Sequence record: SRR31156797_416
DNA length: 64,000 bases
Strand: one strand, 5' to 3'
A program made the position numbers and the translations under genes. The first letter of the stretch is position 1, and the number at the start of each line of letters is the position of its first letter. Below, piece after piece: positions 9,912 to 18,606 of the stretch. The notes beneath the pieces are model-generated. The model searched no databases. It was not told the DNA's origin and saw only the letters and a list, made by a program, of their open reading frames with translations.

Positions 9912-10973
9912 ATGAAACACATTTACAGGATTGTAATCATTTTGATGACGCTGGGAATTACCGGATGTAGCAATGCTCCGGAGAAAGCTGCTCAGAGCTC
10001 TGGGGAGGATGATACCACCAGTGAAAGTGCCCTTCAATCCGGGGATATGTTACTCGGAGGTGTTTCGGAGGCCGTATGCTATTCAGGTTTCCGAAGCGGC
10101 CAGCATCCTGACAGGGGAGATGGTGCCGTAAACCCAAGTTCTGATGAAATTTTGGAAGATTTACAAATCCTCGCTGAGCAAACACCTTTCCGCCTGATAC
10201 GTATGTACGATTGTGGTGAAAACACACAAATGGTGCTTGAGGTGATCCGGGAAAATAATCTGGACTTCGAAGTGTTGCTAGGTATCTGGCTCAAAGCCGA
10301 GCTTAGTGCTCACGAAACCTGTGCATGGCTCACAGAACCGATCCCACAAAAAACACTTGATGAAAACAAATTGAAAAATGCTGAGGAGATCGAAAAAGGT
10401 ATTGAACTGGCCGAAAAGTACAGCGATATTGTTATTGCCGTAAATGTTGGAAACGAGGCCCTGGTTGAATGGAATGATCATAAAGTATCAACCGACTCAA
10501 TCATTTCATATGTGAAGCAGGTGCAGGATGCCATTGATCAGCAGGTAACAGTTGCAGATAATTACAAGTGGTGGGCCGATCATGGCCAGGAACTGGCCGG
10601 GGTTGTAGATTTTGTTTCCATCCATGTTTACCCGGTATGGGAAGGGAAAGCAATTGATGAGGGTATGCCATTTACCATCGAAAATGTTGAGGAGGTGATG
10701 GCTGCATTGCCCGGTGCACAGATAGTAATCACCGAAGCCGGATGGGCGTCAACGGCATCAGAGTTCGGTGTAAGGTCCAGCGAAGCCATCCAAAAGCGCT
10801 ATGTAAAGGAATTGATGGACTGGTCCAGACAAAACAACATCACCACGTTCATTTTTGAAGCCTTTGACGAAGACTGGAAAGGAAACCCTGACAATCCGCT
10901 TGGTGCTGAAAAGCACTGGGGGCTTTACAAAGTTGACCGGACTCCTAAAGAAGTAATCCAAATATTTAAATAG
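9912..10973 (+). CDS. GH17-family beta-1,3-glucanase/glucosidase lipoprotein
   Basis: TGC lipobox, CYSGFR, IRMY, VGNE, TEAGW, FEAFDEDWK, EKHWGL. Confidence 0.85.
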   Translation: MKHIYRIVIILMTLGITGCSNAPEKAAQSSGEDDTTSESALQSGDMLLGGVSEAVCYSGFRSGQHPDRGDGAVNPSSDEILEDLQILAEQTPFRLIRMYDCGENTQMVLEVIRENNLDFEVLLGIWLKAELSAHETCAWLTEPIPQKTLDENKLKNAEEIEKGIELAEKYSDIVIAVNVGNEALVEWNDHKVSTDSIISYVKQVQDAIDQQVTVADNYKWWADHGQELAGVVDFVSIHVYPVWEGKAIDEGMPFTIENVEEVMAALPGAQIVITEAGWASTASEFGVRSSEAIQKRYVKELMDWSRQNNITTFIFEAFDEDWKGNPDNPLGAEKHWGLYKVDRTPKEVIQIFK

Positions 10974-11032
10974 TCACATTCAGGGAATTACATAAAGCAA
11001 ACAACTTACAGAACAATAATATACATACATAA

Positions 11033-12487
11033 ATGACAAATAATAACACAGCGAAAAGAAACAAGGTTCCTTTCGGGCAAAAGGTAGCATTTGGAGTTGG
11101 CATGCTGGCAAATCAAATGTTCCCTGCTGTTTTAAGTATTTTTATGGTGGTTCTCGTTCAGGATCTGGGTTTTCCGGGATGGATGTGGGGTGTCTTATTC
11201 TTCCTTCCAAGGGTGTTCGATTCCATTACGGATCCAATTATGGGCTTCATTTCAGATAATACAAAATCACGATGGGGACGACGAAGGCAATATGTATTTC
11301 TGGGCGCTATTGTCCTGGGTATATCATTTATTGCTATGTGGCAATTATACCGCGATAATGGAGTGGATTATAATTTTATTTATTTCCTGATTCTGTCTAT
11401 CGTCTTTTATTTGGGGCTGACCATTTTCAGCGTTCCTTATGTTGCCATGGGTTATGAAATGAGCAATGATTTTCATGAACGAACCAGTATTATGGCAGTT
11501 GCACAGTGGATTGGCCAGTGGGCATGGGTACTTGCACCCTGGTTTTGGGTTATTATGTACGACAAGGGCTGGTTTGAATCGGCTGATGTGGCAACGAGAC
11601 AGCTTGCGATTTGGGTGGGTATTTTTTGTATGTTATTTGCCATGGTACCGGCCATATTCATTAAAAGCAGGTCTACGCTGGGTGAAGATTATGTACCGCT
11701 AACGGTAAAAAACATAGGTGGCGGCCTGAAAGAAATTATAAATGGTTTTAAGGAAGCATTCAAATCAAAACCATTTGTCAAACTCTGTATCTCTACTTTC
11801 TTAATTTTCAATGCATTTAATACCATAGCGGCGTTTTCATTTTTTATTGTTGTGTATTATTTGTTTAATGGTGATACAGGTGCAGCCGGCGTATGGCCAA
11901 CATTGTTTGGCAGCCTTGCCTCACTGGTTACTACTTTCCTTGTTATTCCAATTGTAGCAAGAATGTCAAAAATACTGGGAAAGAAAAAAGCATTTCTAAT
12001 CTCACAATTAATATCCATAATAGGATATATCATGCTGTGGTTTCTGTTCATACCGGGAAAACCCTATATGTTTATATATGCGCTGCCTTTTTTCTCCTTT
12101 GGTATCGGTAGCCTGTTCACATTAATGATGTCGATGACGGCTGATGTGATCGATCTGGACGAATTAAACACCGGTAAACGAAGAGAGGGCATATTTGGTG
12201 CTATTTACTGGTGGATGGTGAAGTTTGGTTTTGCCATTGCCGGTTTGTTGAGTGGTGCCATCATGACGGTGGTGGGATTTGATGCCGACCTTTCGGTCCA
12301 GCCCGAAGGAGCCATTACCGGATTACGGGCTTTTTATTCAGGGTTACCCATTGTGGGAACACTCATTGCCATTTTTGTGATGCGCAATTATGATGTTACC
12401 GAACAACGTGCCAATGAGATACGTGCGGCTTTATCGGCCAGGCGAAAAATAGAAAAAGTACATAAGGAAGTTATTTTAGAATCTTAA
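11033..12487 (+). CDS. MFS glycoside-pentoside-hexuronide (GPH/MFS_2) transporter
   Basis: DSITDPIMGFISDNTKSRWGRRR and GKRREG motifs, multiple hydrophobic segments. Confidence 0.9.
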   Translation: MTNNNTAKRNKVPFGQKVAFGVGMLANQMFPAVLSIFMVVLVQDLGFPGWMWGVLFFLPRVFDSITDPIMGFISDNTKSRWGRRRQYVFLGAIVLGISFIAMWQLYRDNGVDYNFIYFLILSIVFYLGLTIFSVPYVAMGYEMSNDFHERTSIMAVAQWIGQWAWVLAPWFWVIMYDKGWFESADVATRQLAIWVGIFCMLFAMVPAIFIKSRSTLGEDYVPLTVKNIGGGLKEIINGFKEAFKSKPFVKLCISTFLIFNAFNTIAAFSFFIVVYYLFNGDTGAAGVWPTLFGSLASLVTTFLVIPIVARMSKILGKKKAFLISQLISIIGYIMLWFLFIPGKPYMFIYALPFFSFGIGSLFTLMMSMTADVIDLDELNTGKRREGIFGAIYWWMVKFGFAIAGLLSGAIMTVVGFDADLSVQPEGAITGLRAFYSGLPIVGTLIAIFVMRNYDVTEQRANEIRAALSARRKIEKVHKEVILES

Positions 12488-12519
12488 TATTATGAATAGA
12501 ATCTTAATATTATGAATAG
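12477..12519 (+). repeat. Exact 20-bp tandem duplication spanning the transporter stop and the GH30 start
   Basis: TAGAATCTTAATATTATGAA x2 followed by TAG. Confidence 0.9.
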
Positions 12520-14023
12520 CATAAAATTTATAATAAGCCTGCTGTTGCTGATTGCTGTGATGAGCTGTAATGAAAGACAAGATTCTTTGTTGGTGGAGGT
12601 TTTTGAAACTTCTGCTGCGGGCAATCAACTCACTGAAATCAATGATTTTTCGGATGGGGAAGCATCTGCGATTATAAAGATTTTACCGGAGCAGAAATTC
12701 CAGAAAATCACTGGATTTGGCGGTTCTTTCACTGAATCTTCAGCCTATTTACTCAATCAGATTAGTAAAGAAAACCGAAATAAAATACTTCAGGCCTATT
12801 TCGGAAAAGATGGTGCCCGCTACTCATTAACCCGCACGCATATCAATTCCTGCGATTTTTCTTTGAGCAATTATTCGTATGCGCCTGTGGAGGGCGATAA
12901 GGAACTCAAACATTTCTCTATCGACGAAGACCGCGATGATATTATCCCGATGATCAAAGATGCAATGGCTATATCGGAAGATGGATTCAGAATTATTTCA
13001 TCGCCCTGGACAGCGCCACCCTGGATGAAGGATAACAACAGCTATGTGGGTGGTAAACTGCTTCCGGAATATTATGATACATGGGCATTGTTTTTCTCCA
13101 AATATTTAAAAGCCTATAAAAATGAAGGTATTGATATCTGGGGTATTTCCGTAGAAAACGAACCGCTTGGCAATGGTAATAACTGGGAGAGTATGCATTA
13201 TACGCCCCTGGAAATGGCCGAATTTACGAAGCATCATTTGAAACCTCAACTCCTTGGCGACGGTCATGAAACCATCATCCTGACCTACGATCAAAACCGG
13301 GACGAACTTGAAGAATGGGTAGATGTGATTTATGGAAATCCTGAATACGCTGATGTATTTGATGGATTTGCCATCCACTGGTATGCCAGCACCTTTATGT
13401 GGTTTCCTGAAGTTTTGCAATACACCCATAAAATGGCACCAGAAAAATATATGATCCAGACGGAAGCCTGTGTGGATGCAGAAATACCGCACTGGAAAGA
13501 CGATGCATGGTACTGGAGCAAGGAAGCTACCGACTGGGGCTATACATGGGCTGCTGAAGAACACAAATACAGGCACCCGAAATATGTGCCGGTTTATCGT
13601 TATGCCCGCGACATTATTGGTTGCCTAAATAACCATGTGGATGGCTGGATTGACTGGAATATGGTACTCGACCGGCAGGGTGGACCTAACTGGTTCGAAA
13701 ACTGGTGTGTGGCTCCGGTTATTGTTGACCCTGAACAGGATGATGTGTATTTTACGCCACTCTATTATACCTTATCACATTTCAGTAAATATATCAGGCC
13801 GGAGGCACATCGTATTGGTTTTGAAAATACGGATGAATCGCTCATGGTAACTGCAGCCAAAAATCCTGATGGTTCAATTGCGGTTTTGATATTAAACATG
13901 AACGAATCGATGAGGCGCATAAGGCTTACTCTTGAAGATGAGTGGGTAGATATACAAATCGATGCCAAAGCCATTCAAACAATTGTTATTCCGGAAACTA
14001 ATAATAGCAACAAAGATGTCTAA
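12512..14023 (+). CDS. GH30 glycoside hydrolase lipoprotein (probable beta-1,6 debranching enzyme)
   Basis: MSC lipobox, GFGGSFT, SPWTAPPWMK, ENEP, QTEAC, WIDWN. Confidence 0.88.
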   Translation: MNSIKFIISLLLLIAVMSCNERQDSLLVEVFETSAAGNQLTEINDFSDGEASAIIKILPEQKFQKITGFGGSFTESSAYLLNQISKENRNKILQAYFGKDGARYSLTRTHINSCDFSLSNYSYAPVEGDKELKHFSIDEDRDDIIPMIKDAMAISEDGFRIISSPWTAPPWMKDNNSYVGGKLLPEYYDTWALFFSKYLKAYKNEGIDIWGISVENEPLGNGNNWESMHYTPLEMAEFTKHHLKPQLLGDGHETIILTYDQNRDELEEWVDVIYGNPEYADVFDGFAIHWYASTFMWFPEVLQYTHKMAPEKYMIQTEACVDAEIPHWKDDAWYWSKEATDWGYTWAAEEHKYRHPKYVPVYRYARDIIGCLNNHVDGWIDWNMVLDRQGGPNWFENWCVAPVIVDPEQDDVYFTPLYYTLSHFSKYIRPEAHRIGFENTDESLMVTAAKNPDGSIAVLILNMNESMRRIRLTLEDEWVDIQIDAKAIQTIVIPETNNSNKDV

Positions 14024-15026
14024 GATCAAACCCATATTGGCGATAGTTTTAGCTGCGATTGCACTGGCACTTTGCACCAGGCAAATGCATCATGAATCCG
14101 TATCTGTTTCGGGAAGTCAAATCCTGGTGAACGGATCGCCATATCTAATTAAGGGGATTTGCTATAATCCGGTTCCCAAAGGAAGTGATTCAAGAGATTT
14201 TTCAAGTTTACAAGCTGACCTGAATTTAATGCAGGATGCCGGTATAAACACCATACGCATTTATTCGCCAATTGATGATAAAAGTGTGATGGATAAGATG
14301 CATGATGCTGGAATGAAACTGGTTGTTGGCTTTGGATATAACCAAAATGGCTACTTCGATATCGTATCAGGTTCATACATCGATTATGTTGAAAAATATA
14401 AAAACCATCCTGCAATCCTGATGTGGGAACTGGGCAATGAATACAATTACCATCCTGAGTGGTTTGGAGGCGACATCAGGAATTGGTATGCTGCCATGAA
14501 TGATGCAGCTGCCAAAATTCATCAATCTGACCCGTCACACCCCGTAACCACCGCCCATGGCGATTTGCCCGATTCGCTGGCATTGGCCATGAGTCCAAAT
14601 ATTGATGTGTGGGGAATGAATGTTTACCGGTGGGATACACCGGGCGATCTGTTTGAAAAGTGGAGCCATAAGAGTAATAAACCGATGTACCTGGCTGAGG
14701 CCGGTGCCGACAGTTATATGGCTGCAACCATGAATGGATACGAGCAGGGGCCTAATGAAAAAGCCCAGGCCGATGCCACAAGGAATATCCTTACCGAAAT
14801 TTTTGATAATACCGGTGTTTGCTCTGGTGTAACGCTTTTCGCTTTTAATGATGAATGGTGGAAAGCAGGAAACAACAGCACACAGGACCCTGGTGGATGG
14901 GCCCCCGAAAGTGGAGGAGTACCATACGATGGTGCCGCCAATGAAGAGTTTTGGGGAATTGTGGATATCGATAGAAATAAAAAACAGGTGTTTGGAGTGG
15001 TTCAGGAATTTTACCTGAAGTATTAA
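14016..15026 (+). CDS. Clan GH-A TIM-barrel glycoside hydrolase (GH2-TIM-like; exact family uncertain)
   Basis: N-terminal signal, NGSPYLIKGICY, GINTIRIY, WELGNE (acid/base), LAEAGAD (nucleophile). Confidence 0.75.
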   Translation: MSKIKPILAIVLAAIALALCTRQMHHESVSVSGSQILVNGSPYLIKGICYNPVPKGSDSRDFSSLQADLNLMQDAGINTIRIYSPIDDKSVMDKMHDAGMKLVVGFGYNQNGYFDIVSGSYIDYVEKYKNHPAILMWELGNEYNYHPEWFGGDIRNWYAAMNDAAAKIHQSDPSHPVTTAHGDLPDSLALAMSPNIDVWGMNVYRWDTPGDLFEKWSHKSNKPMYLAEAGADSYMAATMNGYEQGPNEKAQADATRNILTEIFDNTGVCSGVTLFAFNDEWWKAGNNSTQDPGGWAPESGGVPYDGAANEEFWGIVDIDRNKKQVFGVVQEFYLKY

Positions 15027-15037
15027 AGACATTAAAG

Positions 15038-16390
15038 ATGAAAACCAACATGAAATTGAATTTCAGAGAAAAGGTTGGCTACGGCCTGGGCGATACAGCC
15101 TCCCATTTTGTGTGGGACATGGTTGGTTTTTGGATATTGATTTTTTATACCGATACTTTTGGCATATCTGCTGCAGCGGCAGGAACCATTATGTTGATTG
15201 CACGTATCTGGGATATGGTAAGTGATCCATTGATGGGTATCCTTGCTGACAGAACCAGTACAAGGTGGGGGAAGTTCCGCCCGTATATCCTCTGGATGGC
15301 TTTGCCGTACAGCATACTTGCGGTTTTAACTTTTACCACTCCTGATCTTGGGTCGACTGGTAAAGTGATTTATGCCGGCGTTACCTATTTTTTACTCATG
15401 ACCGTATTTACAGCTATCAACCTACCTTATTCCTCCCTTGGTGCAGTAATGACAGCAGATTCGTATGAGCGTGCAGGACTGAACAGCTACCGTTTTATTT
15501 TTGCTTTTGCGGGGCAGTTTATCGTAACCGGAACAGCGCTGTATTTGGCCAATTACTTTGGTGGCGGCGATAGCGCGAAAGGCTTTCAATATACACTCAT
15601 ACTATTTGCAGCTGTGAGTTTTATCCTGTTTATGATTACTTTTAAAACTACGCGAGAGCGTGTGCAGCCACCAAAAGAACAAAAGCAGGATTTACTGGCC
15701 GACATCAAAAACCTGACTAAAAACCGGCCATGGGTAATTTTATTCGTTGTGGGCATTGTGTCGTTTGTGATGTTTGCCATGCAAAACCTGTCCATCGCTT
15801 ATTATTTCAAATATTACATTAGTGATGAAGAGGGCGTTCAGGTGTTCAATGTAATAGGTACAGTGGCCCTCATTTTGGGAATCCCGCTTTCTAAGCCATT
15901 ATCGAAACGGTTTGGCAAGCGTAATGTATACATTGCCAGTTCATTGCTATCTGGCGTGTTTTTTATTTTGCTTTACCATCCAGGAAGTAACAATATCTAT
16001 CTTATTTATACACTCAACATTTTGGCCAAGTTTACCTACGCTCCTGCTGTTCCATTACTCTGGACAATGCTGGCTGATACGGCAGATTTTTCGGAATGGA
16101 AAACAGGGAGACGGTCAACAGGACTGGTATTTTCAGCAGCCACTTTTGCCCAAAAGGCAGGGTGGGGTATTGGCGGAGCACTGGCAGGCTGGATGCTTGC
16201 ACTTTATGATTTTGTTCCCAATGTAGAACAAACCGAAACTTCATTAACAGGAATTAAGCTTATGATTTCTGTATTTCCGGGTATGCTTTATATGTCCTGT
16301 GCAATATTCCTTTTCTACTATACCATCGATCATAAAACCTGCCTGGTGATGCAGGAAGAACTTGAAAAACGTAATAGTGAAAGAACTTGA
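15038..16390 (+). CDS. GPH-family cation symporter (MFS_2)
   Basis: GYGLGD, DPLMGILADRTSTRWGKFRPY, MLADTAD. Confidence 0.92.
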   Translation: MKTNMKLNFREKVGYGLGDTASHFVWDMVGFWILIFYTDTFGISAAAAGTIMLIARIWDMVSDPLMGILADRTSTRWGKFRPYILWMALPYSILAVLTFTTPDLGSTGKVIYAGVTYFLLMTVFTAINLPYSSLGAVMTADSYERAGLNSYRFIFAFAGQFIVTGTALYLANYFGGGDSAKGFQYTLILFAAVSFILFMITFKTTRERVQPPKEQKQDLLADIKNLTKNRPWVILFVVGIVSFVMFAMQNLSIAYYFKYYISDEEGVQVFNVIGTVALILGIPLSKPLSKRFGKRNVYIASSLLSGVFFILLYHPGSNNIYLIYTLNILAKFTYAPAVPLLWTMLADTADFSEWKTGRRSTGLVFSAATFAQKAGWGIGGALAGWMLALYDFVPNVEQTETSLTGIKLMISVFPGMLYMSCAIFLFYYTIDHKTCLVMQEELEKRNSERT

Positions 16391-16441
16391 TTTTATTGAA
16401 AAGACGAAATAAATTGATTTACTAATCTAATCTTAGAAATT

Positions 16442-18511
16442 ATGAAAAAGTTATTATTTGTATTCGCGATGATGTTTGCGTTTTCCAGCGCATTCTCACA
16501 AATTGCAGGAACATGGAAGGTTGCTTCTCAGCCTGGCTCCTTAGGTGTCGGGCCTACCCAGGGCGATATCAGCTGGTGGTCAATCGATGCTCAGGGTATC
16601 ATTGACAGAGCCTGCTTTTTTGATGACAAATTTGTTTTTGATGAAAACGGTACTTTTCAGAATGTAATGGATGACTGGACTTGGGTTGAAGCCTGGCAGG
16701 GAGTTCCGGCTGATCAATGCGACGTGCCTGTTTATCCACATGATGGATCAAATGCTGCAACCTGGACTTATGATGAGGGTGCCGGAACAATCACTATTGA
16801 TGGCGTTGGAGCACATCTTGGCCTTCCAAAAGTTGTGAATGGAACTGAACTTACCGACCCATCACAGGCTCCACAATCAATAACTTACATTGTTACCGAA
16901 CTTACAGCTACCTCGATGACCATTGATATTTCAATTGGAAACGGATGGTGGCGTTATATCATGGCAAAAGATGCTGCTCCCGGAGCAGATGCAAGTTTGA
17001 GCGACTTACAGGTTGATGGTTCTACCATCGAAGGATTTTCTCCCGGTATTTTAAATTACACCTATGGTATCCCTGAGGGAACACCTGATGTTCCTCAGAT
17101 TACATCAGCAGTGCCTACTGATCCTGATGTTAGTGGACTGGAAATTACACAGGCAACTGAGGTTCCCGGAGATGCTACCGTTGAGGTTACATCTGCAAAT
17201 GGAAATGTAACCAATGTTTATACGGTTTCTTATTTCTTTACATACGACCTTTATCTGCCCGTAACATTTGAGGAAAACATTGATTATGGATTGGCTGATT
17301 TTGGTGGTAATGTGTCTGAAGTTATTGAAGATCCTACAGATCCATCAAACCATGTAGCAAAATCTATCAAAACTGTGGAGGCAGAAACCTGGGCAGGAAC
17401 AACCATTGGAGGGGATGAGGGATTTGCCGAACCTGTTCCATTTGCTCAGGGCTCAACTACCATGACTGTGAGAGTTTGGTCTCCTGATGCAAACACACCT
17501 ATTCGCCTCAAGGTTGAACAGGCATACGTACCAGAAATAAGTGTTGAAACAGAAGTTAACACAACCGTTGCGTCTGACTGGGAAACATTAACTTTTGATT
17601 TTGCCAATGAGGCACCCGGTACAGAGCCGATTAATTTTTCCAATACGTATAATAAAGCCTCCATCTTCTTTAACTTTGGTACTGATGGTGCCACAGCAGG
17701 CGAAAAAACCTACTATTGGGATGACGTAGAATTTACCGGTGGAGGTACTGAACCAAAGCCGCTGCTTGCGCTGGATGTACAGGACAACTTTGAAGGCGAC
17801 GGATGGGGAACCATTGATTCATGGAAATTCCAGGATCCCGATCTGGTGGATATTACCATCATTGAAGATCCTACAGAGCCCGGTAATCATGTTTTGGATT
17901 ATGTCCGTTCAGGTTCTTTTGAATGGACCAATGCACAATTTATACTTGATCACAGGATGGACCTGACCGATAGACATGTATTTGAATTACGTGCATATTT
18001 TCCTTCTTCAAATGATTACTCAGGTGACCTTACCCCAACACTTGCACTCAAACTGCAGAACAGCCTCATGGGTGGCAATGCCTGGATGACACAAAAAGAA
18101 ATCATAAATACTGTAGATACTTTTGATGAGTGGCTAACTCTGGAATTTGATTTTTATGAAGTTGTCGACAGTGTTAATTACGACCAGGTGGTTGTTCAAT
18201 TTGGTGGCGAAGGTCACTTTGTTACGGGGCAGTTCTATCTGGATGACCTTGAACTGCTTGACGATCCGATTTCGATTGACGAAACTGCGCAACAACAATT
18301 CAATGTTTATCCAAATCCTGCAGTTAGTTATATCACTTTTGATGTTCAGCTTTCATCCTTTGAAATGTTTAACATTACCGGTCAGAGAATCATGCATTTG
18401 AATGATGTTCCTCAGCAAATTCCTGTGAATAATCTTCCACAAGGGGTCTATACGATTATTGCCAACGATATTAACGGACAGCAAGTTACCTCAAAGGTGC
18501 TCATTCAATAA
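16442..18511 (+). CDS. T9SS-secreted non-catalytic multimodular protein (GVGP module, cadherin-like sandwich, two CBM-like modules, CTD)
   Basis: Signal peptide, modules shared with neighbouring genes, C-terminal VYPNPA...GVYTI...KVLIQ. Confidence 0.8.
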   Translation: MKKLLFVFAMMFAFSSAFSQIAGTWKVASQPGSLGVGPTQGDISWWSIDAQGIIDRACFFDDKFVFDENGTFQNVMDDWTWVEAWQGVPADQCDVPVYPHDGSNAATWTYDEGAGTITIDGVGAHLGLPKVVNGTELTDPSQAPQSITYIVTELTATSMTIDISIGNGWWRYIMAKDAAPGADASLSDLQVDGSTIEGFSPGILNYTYGIPEGTPDVPQITSAVPTDPDVSGLEITQATEVPGDATVEVTSANGNVTNVYTVSYFFTYDLYLPVTFEENIDYGLADFGGNVSEVIEDPTDPSNHVAKSIKTVEAETWAGTTIGGDEGFAEPVPFAQGSTTMTVRVWSPDANTPIRLKVEQAYVPEISVETEVNTTVASDWETLTFDFANEAPGTEPINFSNTYNKASIFFNFGTDGATAGEKTYYWDDVEFTGGGTEPKPLLALDVQDNFEGDGWGTIDSWKFQDPDLVDITIIEDPTEPGNHVLDYVRSGSFEWTNAQFILDHRMDLTDRHVFELRAYFPSSNDYSGDLTPTLALKLQNSLMGGNAWMTQKEIINTVDTFDEWLTLEFDFYEVVDSVNYDQVVVQFGGEGHFVTGQFYLDDLELLDDPISIDETAQQQFNVYPNPAVSYITFDVQLSSFEMFNITGQRIMHLNDVPQQIPVNNLPQGVYTIIANDINGQQVTSKVLIQ

Positions 18512-18520
18512 GAAAATTTT

Positions 18521-18558
18521 CCGGCTTAACCAGTTCAATGGTTGAGCCGGTCTTTTTT
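18521..18558 (+). terminator. Intrinsic terminator
   Basis: CCGGCTTAACCA/TGGTTGAGCCGG stem followed by TCTTTTTT. Confidence 0.8.
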
Positions 18559-18606
18559 AAACATTGAAGTTAAAAAGTAAATTATAAATATTAACACTAG
18601 CCAGAT

